Below are positions 45,383 to 55,756 of a stretch of DNA of 64,000 nt, piece after piece. Position 1 is the stretch's first letter; the number at the start of each line of letters is the position of its first letter. Below the pieces are notes generated by a model, which ran no database searches, was not told the origin of the DNA, and saw nothing but the letters and a program-made list of their open reading frames with translations. The stretch comes from Synergistaceae bacterium UBA6083 (GTDB lineage: Bacteria; Synergistota; Synergistia; Synergistales; 79-D21), in the NCBI GenBank assembly GCA_002436015.1, contig DIXJ01000010.1, positions 45,860 to 109,859 on the forward strand, read 5' to 3'. A program made the translations under genes and the position numbers.

Positions 45383-46423
45383 ATGGAACGCGTGACTCTT
45401 ACCCTGGGCGATGGAACGGCATGGCCGGGCTTTTCGGCGAATGGCCTCACGAGGGCCGAAGGCGAGGTCGTCTTCACGACGGCGAGCTGCGGCTACCCCC
45501 AATCGATCACGGACCCGTCCTACAATGGGCAGGTCCTGGTCTTTGCCTTCCCGCTGGTAGGCAACTACGGCGTGGACGAGGAACGGCTGGAAAGCTCCAG
45601 GCCGTGGGTGAGAGGCATCATCGCCAATTCCCTGACGGGCGAATCCCGGCTGGGTCCGCCGGTGGAGGAATGGCTGTCGAGATGGGGCGTTCCCGCCGTC
45701 ACGGGGGTGGACACCCGGGCCCTCATCAGGCACCTGCGGGAGAAGGGAACCGCCATGGGGCGCCTTTCGGAAAAGCCGGAATCCCCGAAGGAGACGGACC
45801 TTCCCCATGACCTGGCAATCGAGGCCTCCGCACCCGAACTGGTCATCCACAACGAGGGGGCGGACGGTCCCCGCATTGCCCTCCTGGATTACGGCGTAAA
45901 GGCCAACATCATCAGGGAATTCCTCCGCAGGGGATGCACGGTTTTCCAGTGCCCGGCCGGCATGGACGACGCGGAGGTCCTGTCGCTTCGGCCCGACGGG
46001 GTGGTCCTGAGCAACGGCCCGGGAGACCCGTCCTGGCTGGTTCCCCAGGTGAAGACCGTCGCGAACCTCATGGGACGGCTGCCGCTATGGGGCATTTGCC
46101 TGGGGCTGCAGGTCATGGCCCTTGCGGCTGGGGCAAAGACGTACAAGCTTCCTTACGGGCACCGGGGCGTGAACCACGCTGTGGCCGAGGTGGAAGGGAC
46201 AAGGGGCTGGATCACCAGCCAGAACCACGGTTACGCGGCCGACGGCGAAAGTCTCCGGGGCACCGGTTTTTCCGTTTCCCTGGTGCATTTGGGGGATGGG
46301 AGCGTGGAGGGCATCCGGAGTGAAAAGCACAGGGCCTGGTCGGTGCAGTTCCACCCTGAGGCTTTCGCGGGACCCCGCGACACGGGTTTCCTTTTCGACG
46401 AATTCCTGAAGGAGCTGAAATAG
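45383..46423 (+). CDS. carA: Carbamoyl-phosphate synthase small subunit
   Basis: GEVVFTT, TDPSY, SNGPGDP, GICLG, GHRG, SQNHGY, QFHPE. Confidence 0.95.
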   Translation: MERVTLTLGDGTAWPGFSANGLTRAEGEVVFTTASCGYPQSITDPSYNGQVLVFAFPLVGNYGVDEERLESSRPWVRGIIANSLTGESRLGPPVEEWLSRWGVPAVTGVDTRALIRHLREKGTAMGRLSEKPESPKETDLPHDLAIEASAPELVIHNEGADGPRIALLDYGVKANIIREFLRRGCTVFQCPAGMDDAEVLSLRPDGVVLSNGPGDPSWLVPQVKTVANLMGRLPLWGICLGLQVMALAAGAKTYKLPYGHRGVNHAVAEVEGTRGWITSQNHGYAADGESLRGTGFSVSLVHLGDGSVEGIRSEKHRAWSVQFHPEAFAGPRDTGFLFDEFLKELK

Positions 46424-49400
46424 ATGAAATCTCCCACGACTAAAACGATCCAGAGCGTGCTGGTCCTGGGTTCGGGCCCGATACGCATCGGGCAGGCCGC
46501 GGAGTTCGACTATTCGGGCAGCCAGGCCTGCCGGGCGCTCCGGGAGGAGGGCGTGAAAGTCATCCTCCTGAACAGCAACCCTGCGACGATCCAGACCGAT
46601 CCCGGCCTGGCCGAGGTGACCTATCTCCGTCCCCTCACTCCCGAGGTGATCGAAGACATCCTGAAGGCTCACCGCCCCGACGGGGTCATCGCCACCCTGG
46701 GAGGGCAAACGGCGCTGAACCTGCTGGTGGAGCTCCATCGCCAGGGGACGTGGGAGCGCTACGGGACGCTTCCCCTGGGGACCGCACCCGAGACCGTGGA
46801 CGAGGCCGAAGGACGCGAACCGTTCCGCGACCTCATGAAATCCATCGGCGAGCCGGTCGTGGAAAGCCGGATCGTCACCGAAACCGAAGCTGCCCTGGAG
46901 TTTGCCCGGGGAGTGCCTTTTCCCCTGGTCATCCGGCCCGATTTCACCCTGGGCGGAACGGGAGGGGGAGTGGCGTACGACGAGGGGTCCCTCGTGGAGA
47001 GGGTCCTGGAAGGCGTGGCGGCTTCCCCGACAAGCCGTGTCCTGGTGGAGCGCTTCCTCTCGGGTTGGTACGAGGTGGAAATGGAAGTCGTCCGGGACGG
47101 TTTCGGCAATGCCCTCTGCGTCTGCGGCATGGAAAACGTCGACCCGATGGGAATCCACACGGGCGACAGCGTCGTGGTGGCACCCGTCCTGACCCTGAGC
47201 GACAGCCAGTGGCAAAGGCTGCGCAAGGCCGGCCTCAAGATCGTGAACGCCCTGGACATCCGGGGGGCGTGCAACGTCCAGTTCGCGGTTTCACCGGACA
47301 TGGAGGAATACGCGGTCATCGAGGTTAACCCGCGGGCAAGCCGGTCCAGCGCCCTGGCCAGCAAGGCCACGGGGTACCCGATCGCCAGGATGGCGGCCAA
47401 GATCGCCCTGGGCAAATCCCTGGCGGAGATGCCGAATCCCGTTACGGGTGTGGGCAGCGCCCTTTCGGAGCCCGCCATCGACTACGTGGCGGTGAAGTTC
47501 CCGCGGTGGCCCTTCGACAAGTTCCCCGACGCGGATCCTTCTCTGGGAACGAGGATGAAGTCCACCGGCGAGGTCCTGGCCCTGGGCCCGAATTTCCCCC
47601 AGGCCCTCCTCAAGGCCATGAGGTCGGTCGAGTGGGGCGGCGGCCTCCGGCCGTCGTCCGTGTCCGAAATGCCGGACCGGGCCCTATGGGCGGAAGTGCG
47701 GAAAGCCACCCACAGGCGCCTCTGGTTTATCCTCGAGCTGATCCGGAGGGGGGAGGAAGTGGAGGCCCTCGCTGAAGCGAGCGGGATCGCCCCGTTCTTC
47801 CTTCGCCAGATGAAGACGATCGTCGAAGCCGAACGAGCCCTCGCAAAGGGCGGGCTCGGAGACGCGGAAGCCCTGGAAAGGGCCAAGTGGCTGGGCCTTG
47901 CTGACCGCGACATCGCGGTCCTGCTCGGGATGCAGGAGGAAGAGGTCCGCAAGGTTCGGCTGTCCCTGGGCATCGAGCAGGGATTCCGGGAAGTGGATGG
48001 CTGCGCGGGCGAGACACCGGCCGGTTCCCGGTACCTTTATGGATCCTACGGAGTCGCAAGCGACGGATCGCCGGATAACTCCACCCCAGCGGTCGTGGTG
48101 CTGGGGTCGGGACCGATCCGCATCGGGCAGGGGGTAGAGTTCGACTATTGCTGCGTGAAGGCGGTGGAAGCCCTCAAGGCAATGGGAATCCGGGCCGTCA
48201 TGGCGAACAACAATCCGGAAACGGTCAGCACCGACCACGACCTTTCCGATGCCCTCTACCTGGAGCCCCTGACGGTGGAGGATGTCCTGCCCATCGTTCG
48301 CAGGGAGAAGGCCAGGGGCGTGTTCGCCTCCTACGGGGGACAGACCGCCCTGCGGCTGGGGATGGAACTCGCGGATGTCGGCGTTCCTCTCCTGGGGACG
48401 GGACTTGGGGCCATCGAGGCGGCGGAGGACCGGGGGCAGTTTTCGGCGATCCTGAAAGACCTCGGGATTTCCCAGCCGGAAGGAGGAGCCGTCCGGTCGG
48501 CGGAGGAGGCCCTGGAACTGGCCGCTCGCCTGGGTTACCCCCTCATGGTCCGGCCGAGCTTCGTCATCGGGGGCCTGGCCATGGCTCTCGTTGAATCCGA
48601 ACCGGACTTGCGGGCTGTCCTCGCCCTGGCCTTCGAGGCCATGCCGGGGCAATCCGTCCTGGTGGACCGTTTCGTGTCGGGAACCGAGTACGAGCTGGAC
48701 GCGGTGTGCGACGGGGGAGACATCCTGGTCCCCGGCATCTTCGAGCACCTCGACCCGGCCGGGATCCATTCCGGGGATTCGATGGCCGTGTTCCCGGATC
48801 TCTCGCTGAGCCCGGCCCGGCGGGAGGAAATGATGCGCATCGTCGGTTCCATCGCCGAGGCCCTCGACGTGAAGGGGCTCCTGAACGTCCAGTTCGTCGA
48901 GAACGGCGGGCGGCTTTACGTGATCGAGGCGAACCCGCGCGCCAGCCGGACGGTTCCCATCGCAGGCAAGCTTACAGGCCTCCCGCTGGTGGACCTTTCG
49001 GTGAGGGTGGCTCTCGGCCAGCGCCTGAGGAACCTCGGGGTGCCACTTGGCCTTTTGCCCCCGCGGGGCCCCCTGGGGGTCAAGGTCCCGGTTTTCTCCA
49101 CCGAGAAGCTTCCCGGTGTGGACAGCCGCCCGGGTCCCCAGATGCAGTCCACGGGCGAGTCCCTGGGCGTGGGGGAATGTGTTTCCACGGCCCTTTGGGA
49201 AGGCCTCAGGGGAGCGGGCTGGGTCCTTCCCGACAGGGGTGGCAGGGTTCTCGTCTCGGTGAACGATGTTTCCAAGCCTGGAGCCTGCAGCGCTGCGGCC
49301 ACGCTCTTCGGGATGGGCTGGGAGATCGAGGCCACCGCCGGGACCGCAGGTTTTTTCCGGCGATGGGGCCTGCCCGTTACGTCCGTCGAAAAAGGGGAAT

Positions 49401-49597
49401 CGCTGGTGAGCGCCCTTCGCGAACGCCGATGGAACCTTGTCGTTAACGTGGCCGGCTCGCGCCTGGGGGAACTGAAGGACGGCTATGCCATCCGGAGGGC
49501 GGCCATCGAAACGGGCATTCCCTGCGTGAGCAGCCTCCCCGTTGCGTCCGCCCTGGCGCTGGCCCTTGCGGTCCGGCGTGGTAACATGAAGCCCTAG
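46424..49597 (+). CDS. carB: Carbamoyl-phosphate synthase large subunit
   Basis: GSGPIRIGQAAEFDYSG, GIHTGDS, duplicated ATP-grasp halves, MGS-like tail. Confidence 0.96.
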   Translation: MKSPTTKTIQSVLVLGSGPIRIGQAAEFDYSGSQACRALREEGVKVILLNSNPATIQTDPGLAEVTYLRPLTPEVIEDILKAHRPDGVIATLGGQTALNLLVELHRQGTWERYGTLPLGTAPETVDEAEGREPFRDLMKSIGEPVVESRIVTETEAALEFARGVPFPLVIRPDFTLGGTGGGVAYDEGSLVERVLEGVAASPTSRVLVERFLSGWYEVEMEVVRDGFGNALCVCGMENVDPMGIHTGDSVVVAPVLTLSDSQWQRLRKAGLKIVNALDIRGACNVQFAVSPDMEEYAVIEVNPRASRSSALASKATGYPIARMAAKIALGKSLAEMPNPVTGVGSALSEPAIDYVAVKFPRWPFDKFPDADPSLGTRMKSTGEVLALGPNFPQALLKAMRSVEWGGGLRPSSVSEMPDRALWAEVRKATHRRLWFILELIRRGEEVEALAEASGIAPFFLRQMKTIVEAERALAKGGLGDAEALERAKWLGLADRDIAVLLGMQEEEVRKVRLSLGIEQGFREVDGCAGETPAGSRYLYGSYGVASDGSPDNSTPAVVVLGSGPIRIGQGVEFDYCCVKAVEALKAMGIRAVMANNNPETVSTDHDLSDALYLEPLTVEDVLPIVRREKARGVFASYGGQTALRLGMELADVGVPLLGTGLGAIEAAEDRGQFSAILKDLGISQPEGGAVRSAEEALELAARLGYPLMVRPSFVIGGLAMALVESEPDLRAVLALAFEAMPGQSVLVDRFVSGTEYELDAVCDGGDILVPGIFEHLDPAGIHSGDSMAVFPDLSLSPARREEMMRIVGSIAEALDVKGLLNVQFVENGGRLYVIEANPRASRTVPIAGKLTGLPLVDLSVRVALGQRLRNLGVPLGLLPPRGPLGVKVPVFSTEKLPGVDSRPGPQMQSTGESLGVGECVSTALWEGLRGAGWVLPDRGGRVLVSVNDVSKPGACSAAATLFGMGWEIEATAGTAGFFRRWGLPVTSVEKGESLVSALRERRWNLVVNVAGSRLGELKDGYAIRRAAIETGIPCVSSLPVASALALALAVRRGNMKP

Positions 49598-49619
49598 GAA
49601 CGGAGTTCCGGTTTCGGGG

Positions 49620-51308
49620 GTGTTGCGAGTGCGCAAGGTTGGAATGAGGCTGTCGGGCGCGATCGGGCTTTTTGCCCTTGCGCTGTCTTTTGCGTTGCCC
49701 ACGCACGGAGCCGAAGTGAAAGCGGAGACCCTCAGGGGACCCAGGATCGGAGAACTTTACATGGTCGTCGTGCGCGACCCGGACGCGGCAGTCCTGGCCC
49801 TGGAGCGCGGGAAGCTGGATGTCCTGGGTGACGTCACCCGCCCTTCGGACATCAGGAGGATCTCAAAAAACCCCGCTTTCGAACTTTCCATGGCCCAGGG
49901 TTTCCACATGGCCCAAGTCGGGTTCAACCTGCGGAAATCCCCGTGGAACGCTCCGGAGCTTCGCCGGGCTGCGGCCATGGCCATCCCGCGGGATCGCCTG
50001 GTCCGCGAGCTCTTTTCCGGCTACTCGGCCCCACTGACCACTTACCTGCCTCCAATGTCGCCCTACTGCGACAAGGAGGCCTCGGCTCCGCGGTTCGACC
50101 CGGAAGGGGCCCGGGCCCTGCTCAGGAAAGCGGGCTGGACCTGGGATCCCTCGGGAGTGCTCGTTCCCCCGAAGGGAAAGTCCCCGTTGCCGCCTGCAAC
50201 GATTCTTTCCCCCACCGCGGGGGTTGCTCCCACGACGGCCGAACTGGCCGACCGCATCGCCGGGTCACTTCGGGAAATCGGGATCCCGGTCAAGGCGGAG
50301 CCTCTCGATTTTGCCGCCATGATCCAGCGTATCGACGAGCACAAGTTCGACCTTTACCTCATGGCGTGGCAGCTCTCGCGAGACCCTGACAGCCTTTACG
50401 CCTTCTATCACTCTTCCATGGACGTGAAGGGGGGCTACAACCAGACGGGGCTCAAGGACGCGAAAGTCGACCGCCTGCTGGAAGATCTCCGGTACGCCCC
50501 CGACGAACCGGCCGCGCGTGTCGCGGCAAGGGCAGCCCAGAAGGCGCTTTCAGACCGCCTGCCTATCATTCCCGTCTACACGCGATTCTCGGTGGCTGCC
50601 GTTTCGAAAGGCTGGCAAGGCACGGTCTCCACGAAGTCCATGACGGCTGACAACAGTTGGAGCCTCCTGGCGATGTCTCCCGCTTCCGGACCCATGAAGC
50701 CCCTTTACTGGGCGCTGGGGGACGAGCCCCGGACCCTGAACCCCTTCACGGCCAGCACGGCGACGGATTGGCAGGTCCTGGGGATGGTCTACGACACCCT
50801 CCTGACGGTGAACCCGAATAACCTGGAGGACTTGCCCTGGCTGGCCCGCTCCTGGAAGGTCGAGACGGTGAAGGATCCCGGAGGGCTCCGCACGCGGCTG
50901 ACCTTTGTCCTCCGGAAGGATGTTTCCTGGCAGGACGGGAGTCCCTTCACGGCGAAGGATGCGAGGGCAACCCTGCTTTTCCTGCAGAAGAACGCGATCC
51001 CCCGCTATTTCGACTCCGTGCGGGACGTCGCTTCCGTCTCGGTGCCGGATGCCCACACCCTCATAGTGACGATGAAGAACGTGAGTTACTGGCACCTTCA
51101 TTCCATCGGCGGCACCCCGATCTTCCCCGCCGCCCTTCTCGGCCGGGTCAAGGACTGGCGCTCCTGGCAGCCTGCGCGAAATCCCGTCCCCGGGAAAGCC
51201 GGCCTGACGGAGCTTTACGGGACGGGTCCCTTCGTCTTCAGGGAAGTGCGTCCCGGCGACTTTGTCCGTTTCTCCCGGAACGAGCGGTTCTGGCTGATCC
51301 CGCGGTGA
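49620..51308 (+). CDS. Family-5 (Opp/Dpp/Nik) ABC solute-binding protein, circularly permuted (start may be 49644)
   Basis: Family-5 motifs present but LNP..YDTL..LARSW..LRKDVSWQDGSPFTAKD..GTGPF..RNERFW lie at the C-terminus. Confidence 0.85.
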   Translation: MLRVRKVGMRLSGAIGLFALALSFALPTHGAEVKAETLRGPRIGELYMVVVRDPDAAVLALERGKLDVLGDVTRPSDIRRISKNPAFELSMAQGFHMAQVGFNLRKSPWNAPELRRAAAMAIPRDRLVRELFSGYSAPLTTYLPPMSPYCDKEASAPRFDPEGARALLRKAGWTWDPSGVLVPPKGKSPLPPATILSPTAGVAPTTAELADRIAGSLREIGIPVKAEPLDFAAMIQRIDEHKFDLYLMAWQLSRDPDSLYAFYHSSMDVKGGYNQTGLKDAKVDRLLEDLRYAPDEPAARVAARAAQKALSDRLPIIPVYTRFSVAAVSKGWQGTVSTKSMTADNSWSLLAMSPASGPMKPLYWALGDEPRTLNPFTASTATDWQVLGMVYDTLLTVNPNNLEDLPWLARSWKVETVKDPGGLRTRLTFVLRKDVSWQDGSPFTAKDARATLLFLQKNAIPRYFDSVRDVASVSVPDAHTLIVTMKNVSYWHLHSIGGTPIFPAALLGRVKDWRSWQPARNPVPGKAGLTELYGTGPFVFREVRPGDFVRFSRNERFWLIPR

Positions 51309-52291
51309 TTTCCATGAGGGGATACTGGGCCAGGCGCCTTGGCGGGGCCGTCTGCGTCGTGGCGATCGTCCTGGTGGCGAATTTCTTCCTGTTCAGGCTG
51401 ATGCCCGGGGACCCGGTGAGCACGGTCCTGGACCCCCGCTTTTCCCCGCAGGCGAAGGCGGAGCTGGAGGTCCTCTACGGTCTCGACCGGCCCCTGGCGG
51501 TCCAGTTTTTGATTTACCTCGAGAGGACCGCCACCTTCGATTTCGGCCTTTCATTTGCGACCCAGCGTCCCGTCCTGGACGAGATATTGAGCCGCCTTCC
51601 CAACACCCTGGCCCTCCTGGTGCCCGCCTACCTCCTGTCCGTCCTCCTTGGTACGGTCCTCGGGGTCCTGGCCGCGAGACGGCGAGGCCGGGCTGCGGAA
51701 AAGGCCGTTCTCTCGGCCGGGGCGATCTCCTTTTCGTTCCCGTCCTTTTTTGTCCAGATGGTCCTCCTCCTGCTATTCGCCTACGTTTACCCTGTCTTTC
51801 CGCTGCGAGGGAGCCTTTCCATTCCCCCTCCCCAGGGGACCTGGCCGCTCCTGGTTGACCGCGTGTGGCACCTGGCCCTGCCGGTCGGTTCGCTGGTCCT
51901 GCTCGGCTTCGGCGGCTGGGCCCTCACCGTCCGAAACCTGGTGGTGAAGGTCATGGGAGAGGATTTCATGGTGCTGGCGCGGGCCAAGGGGATCGGGGAG
52001 CGCCGCCTTTTCTGGGGTCATGCCTTCCGGGCCGTCCTGCCTCCCCTCGTGACCCTTTTTCTCCTATCCCTTCCCGGGGTCGTGTCCGGAGCGGTCCTCA
52101 CGGAAACCGTCTTTTCCCTCCACGGTGTCGGGCGCTTCCTGCTCGATTCGGTCCTGGGCCAGGATTACCCGGCCGCGGGAGGCGCGTTCTACCTCCTGAC
52201 CCTCATCACGGTGGCGAGCAACCTCGTCGCTGATTTCCTGGTCCAGTTCACCGACCCGAGAATCAGGACCGGCGAGAGGAGTTCGTCATGA
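51305..52291 (+). CDS. Peptide ABC permease (DppB-like)
   Basis: RLMPGDP, YGLDRPL, RLPNTL, ARAKG, ETVFS, DPRIR. Confidence 0.9.
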   Translation: MISMRGYWARRLGGAVCVVAIVLVANFFLFRLMPGDPVSTVLDPRFSPQAKAELEVLYGLDRPLAVQFLIYLERTATFDFGLSFATQRPVLDEILSRLPNTLALLVPAYLLSVLLGTVLGVLAARRRGRAAEKAVLSAGAISFSFPSFFVQMVLLLLFAYVYPVFPLRGSLSIPPPQGTWPLLVDRVWHLALPVGSLVLLGFGGWALTVRNLVVKVMGEDFMVLARAKGIGERRLFWGHAFRAVLPPLVTLFLLSLPGVVSGAVLTETVFSLHGVGRFLLDSVLGQDYPAAGGAFYLLTLITVASNLVADFLVQFTDPRIRTGERSSS

Positions 52292-53481
52292 GGCGATTTC
52301 GGTGGAGTGCCTGGACCCTGCTGATCCTTCTGTTCTCAGGGTTCGTCCTCCCGCTTTTCCTCGCGGGCGACCCGAGGGAACCGGTGGCCTCTCCTTTTGC
52401 CCGGCCTGCCTGGGTGGGTCGCAACCAGGCGCCGGCCCTGGCCTTTTCCGTTCCGCCGGGGGAGGGGAAGGCCTTTGCCTGGTCATGGGACGCCCCGAGG
52501 GGGCTTTCCGTCTCCGGGGAGGTCGAATTCGCGGGGGTCCCGGGGTCAGCCCGCCTCACCTGGGAGAAGCCTTCCGGAGAGATCCTTGTCCTGGCGGACC
52601 TTTCGGGACAGGAAACGGCCACCCTCGATCTCGACGCCCGGGACATGGCCTTCCGGGCTGCCCTGGGACTTTCTCCCTTCGACGAATCCCTGGAGGGCCT
52701 CTTCGGCGGCCGCGGGACGATACGGGTCCGGATCGATAGCGACGTTCCCGTCGAGAAGTCCTCCCTTTCCGTCAGGATTCCAGGGGACCGGTGGGGCCTT
52801 TTCGGCACCGACCAGAGGGGGCGGGACGTCTTCCGGCTTTTCCTCGCAGGGATTCGCGTGTCGCTCCTGGTGGGTGTCATGGCCGTCCTTGTCTCCACGG
52901 TGATCGGCCTTTCGGCGGGCCTTTTGGGAGGCTACGTCGGGGGCGTGGTGGACGCCCTGCTGATGCGTGCCGTGGACGTTCTCCTGTCGATCCCCCTCCT
53001 CCCGATCCTCATGGTTCTGGCAGCCCTTTGGGGAAAGGGACTGTGGCAGCTCGTCCTGATCCTGGGGCTCTTTTCCTGGATGGGAACGGCCCGAACGGTC
53101 CGCTCCATGACCCTGTCCTTCAGGGAGGCGCCCTACGTGGAGGCACTCAGGGCCATCGGGGCCCCTACCTTCTACATCCTCGCCCGGCACGGGGTGCCCA
53201 CGGTGCTGCCTCTCCTTCTGGCCAACATCGCCCTGGGGGTCCCCGGGGTCATCCTCTCGGAGGCAGCCCTTGCCTACCTGGGCCTGTCCGATCCCCGGGT
53301 CATTTCCTGGGGCCGCATGCTTCACGAAGCCCAGTCCTTCGGGGCTTTCACGACAGGAGCCTGGTGGCTTTTGCTGCCGCCCGGCCTGGGCATCGCTCTC
53401 CTCTGTTTCGTCTTCATGGACCTGGGCAGGGCCCTGGAGGAATGGGCCGACCCGAGGCTGAAGGGAGGAGGGGGAGCATGA
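52288..53481 (+). CDS. Peptide ABC permease (DppC-like) with extracytoplasmic insertion
   Basis: FGTDQRGRD, YVEALRAIGA, EAALAYLGL, SWGRML, WWLLLPPG. Confidence 0.9.
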   Translation: MRRFRWSAWTLLILLFSGFVLPLFLAGDPREPVASPFARPAWVGRNQAPALAFSVPPGEGKAFAWSWDAPRGLSVSGEVEFAGVPGSARLTWEKPSGEILVLADLSGQETATLDLDARDMAFRAALGLSPFDESLEGLFGGRGTIRVRIDSDVPVEKSSLSVRIPGDRWGLFGTDQRGRDVFRLFLAGIRVSLLVGVMAVLVSTVIGLSAGLLGGYVGGVVDALLMRAVDVLLSIPLLPILMVLAALWGKGLWQLVLILGLFSWMGTARTVRSMTLSFREAPYVEALRAIGAPTFYILARHGVPTVLPLLLANIALGVPGVILSEAALAYLGLSDPRVISWGRMLHEAQSFGAFTTGAWWLLLPPGLGIALLCFVFMDLGRALEEWADPRLKGGGGA

Positions 53482-54260
53482 TCGTGCTTGAAAACCTCTC
53501 CGTCCTTTACCGTTCGCAGGGCCGGGAGGTCTTCGCCCTCTCGGATGTGACCCTGTCCCTTCCGGCCGGTCGGGTGACGGGCCTGGTCGGCGAGTCCGGG
53601 AGCGGGAAGACGACCCTGGTCATGGCGATCCTTGGACTGCTGCCGCCCGAGGCCAGGGTGCGGGGGCGCATCCTCCTGGAGGGGGTCGACGTGGCTGGCA
53701 TGGCGGAGTCCGGACTGGATCGTTTCCGGTGGACGCGCGTGGCCCTGGTTCCCCAGGGAAGCCAGAATTCCTTCAACCCGGTCCTCAGTATCGGAGAACA
53801 GGTCGCCGAGCCCATAAGGATCCACCAGGGAGCCAGCCGCACCGAGGCCGAAAAGAAAACCCGTCGCCTGCTGGATGAGGTGGGGCTGGGTGCCAGGATC
53901 GCGGCGCGATTTCCCCACGAGCTTTCAGGGGGGCAACGGCAGAGGGCGGCCCTGGCCATGGCGCTCGGCTGCGACCCGGCCTTTCTCCTGGCGGACGAGC
54001 CGACCACGGCGCTGGATGTGATCATCCAGGCGGAGATCGTCGAACTCCTCAGGCGAACCGTGAGGGACCGGAAGATGGGGATGGCGCTGGTCTCGCACGA
54101 CCTTCCCCTTGCTTCCGGCCTTTGCGAAACCATTTGTGTCCTTGACGGGGGAAGACTCGTGGAAATCCTCCCCGCGGAGGACCTGGCCGAAAGGGCGAGG
54201 CACCCGCGAACCCGTGCGCTCGTGAAAGCCCTGCTGGAAATGGAGCAGGCCCGGCCATGA
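53478..54260 (+). CDS. Peptide ABC ATP-binding protein (DppD-like)
   Basis: GESGSGKT, FPHELSGGQRQR, ADEPTTALD. Confidence 0.9.
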   Translation: MIVLENLSVLYRSQGREVFALSDVTLSLPAGRVTGLVGESGSGKTTLVMAILGLLPPEARVRGRILLEGVDVAGMAESGLDRFRWTRVALVPQGSQNSFNPVLSIGEQVAEPIRIHQGASRTEAEKKTRRLLDEVGLGARIAARFPHELSGGQRQRAALAMALGCDPAFLLADEPTTALDVIIQAEIVELLRRTVRDRKMGMALVSHDLPLASGLCETICVLDGGRLVEILPAEDLAERARHPRTRALVKALLEMEQARP

Positions 54261-55180
54261 CGATGCTGCTCGAGATCCGCGGGCTTCATGTGACCTTTCA
54301 CGGCCGCCGGGGCAAGGAACAGGCTCTACGGGGGGTGGACCTTGCCGTGGCCAGTGGCGAAAGCGTTGCGGTCGTGGGGGAGTCGGGAAGCGGCAAGACG
54401 ACCCTCCTGAGGGCGTCCCTCGGGCTGGTCCCCACGGAGGGTGGAAGCGTATGCCTCTTCGGAACCGACCTCGGTGCCCTCGAGAGAGACGGCCGGATTC
54501 GGGCCTTGCGCCGGTGCGGCATGATGCCGCAAGATCCCTACGGGGCGGTTCCCCCCACCTTGTCTGTGCGTGATGCGGTGATGGAACCGCTCCTCCTGGT
54601 CAACGGCTTCCGGTCGAAGGAAATCTCCGCGCTGAAGGCGGAATCCCTTTTAAGGGAATGGGGGCTGCCTGACGAACGCATCTGGGGAGCCAGGGTTTCC
54701 CGGTCCCTTTCCGGCGGGCAGCGCCAGCGAGTCTGCGGGGCAAGGGCCATGGCCCTGGACCCTGAACTTTTCCTGGCGGATGAGCCTACCAGCATGCAGG
54801 ACGCATCCCTGCGGGGGGAGATCGTGTCCGTCCTGGAAAGCCGTGTAGCGGAGGGCATGGGGCTTGTCCTCGTGACCCACGACCTGATCCTCGCCCGCCG
54901 GGCGGCTCGGGCGGGGCTCGTCCTCTACCGGGGAGTCGTGGTGGAGAGGGGACCGACAAGGGATCTGCTCGACAACCCGCGTCACCCGTACACGGCGGCG
55001 CTTGCACGGGCTCTTCCAAGGCTCGGGAAGGCCATCCTGCCCCCGCCAGGGAGCCTCGTCCGCCCGGGACAGGGCTGTCCCTACGCGGAACGCTGCGAAA
55101 GAGCCGATTCGTCGTGCATGGAACCCCCGGTCCTGAGGGAGGTTTCACCAGGAAGGTTCGTGGCCTGTCACAAGGCCTGA
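54257..55180 (+). CDS. Peptide ABC ATP-binding protein (DppF-like)
   Basis: GESGSGKT, LSGGQRQR, HPYTAAL, GCPYAERC...VACH. Confidence 0.9.
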   Translation: MTMLLEIRGLHVTFHGRRGKEQALRGVDLAVASGESVAVVGESGSGKTTLLRASLGLVPTEGGSVCLFGTDLGALERDGRIRALRRCGMMPQDPYGAVPPTLSVRDAVMEPLLLVNGFRSKEISALKAESLLREWGLPDERIWGARVSRSLSGGQRQRVCGARAMALDPELFLADEPTSMQDASLRGEIVSVLESRVAEGMGLVLVTHDLILARRAARAGLVLYRGVVVERGPTRDLLDNPRHPYTAALARALPRLGKAILPPPGSLVRPGQGCPYAERCERADSSCMEPPVLREVSPGRFVACHKA

Positions 55181-55187
55181 AAAAATC

Positions 55188-55700
55188 TTGGAGCTGGAGG
55201 TTCCGGAATTGTCCTTTTTCAGGAACAGCGGAAATGTTTCCCGGTTTCTCGCGCGGAGCGCACTCATCGCTGCACTTTATGCCCTCCTGGTGCTGGCTTT
55301 TGCCCCGATGTCCTTCGGACCTGTCCAGTTTCGGGTCGCAGAGGCGATGACCCTCCTCCCGTGGCTCTTTCCCGAGGCGGTTCCCGGGCTCTTTATCGGC
55401 TGCCTCGTGTCGAACCTGTTCGGGGGACTCGGGATCGTCGACATGGTTTTCGGCAGCCTGGCCACCCTTGTGGCAGCCTGGCTCACGAGGCGCATGCCGA
55501 ACCTGCTCTGGGCGGCGGTCCCCCCGGTGCTGGTGAATGCCCTCGTCGTGGGAGCCTACCTTTCCGTTCTTCTTGACGTTCCCCTTGCTGCGACGATCCT
55601 TTACGTGGGACTGGGACAGGCGGGGGTCTGCTTCCTGCTTGGGGTTCCCCTGGCGACCCTGCTGCGCCGGGTCCTCAGGGACAAGGGATCGAGGGCCTGA
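55188..55700 (+). CDS. queT: QueT-family ECF S component (queuosine precursor transporter)
   Basis: ALIAALY, SFGPVQFRVAE, GLFIGCLVSN, DMVFGSLAT. Confidence 0.85.
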   Translation: MELEVPELSFFRNSGNVSRFLARSALIAALYALLVLAFAPMSFGPVQFRVAEAMTLLPWLFPEAVPGLFIGCLVSNLFGGLGIVDMVFGSLATLVAAWLTRRMPNLLWAAVPPVLVNALVVGAYLSVLLDVPLAATILYVGLGQAGVCFLLGVPLATLLRRVLRDKGSRA

Positions 55701-55707
55701 AGAGAAG

Positions 55708-55746
55708 AAAAAAGAGGGGGTTCCCCGCGGGGAACCCCCTCTTTTG
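55708..55746. terminator. Bidirectional terminator
   Basis: AAAAGAGGGGGTTCCCCG-CGGGGAACCCCCTCTTTT near-perfect palindrome. Confidence 0.85.
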
Positions 55747-55756
55747 GCATTGCGGG

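Noticed and set aside
55140..55200. preQ1 riboswitch before queT
   Set aside because: Only 7 bp separate queT from the upstream ATPase gene and no motif is visible.
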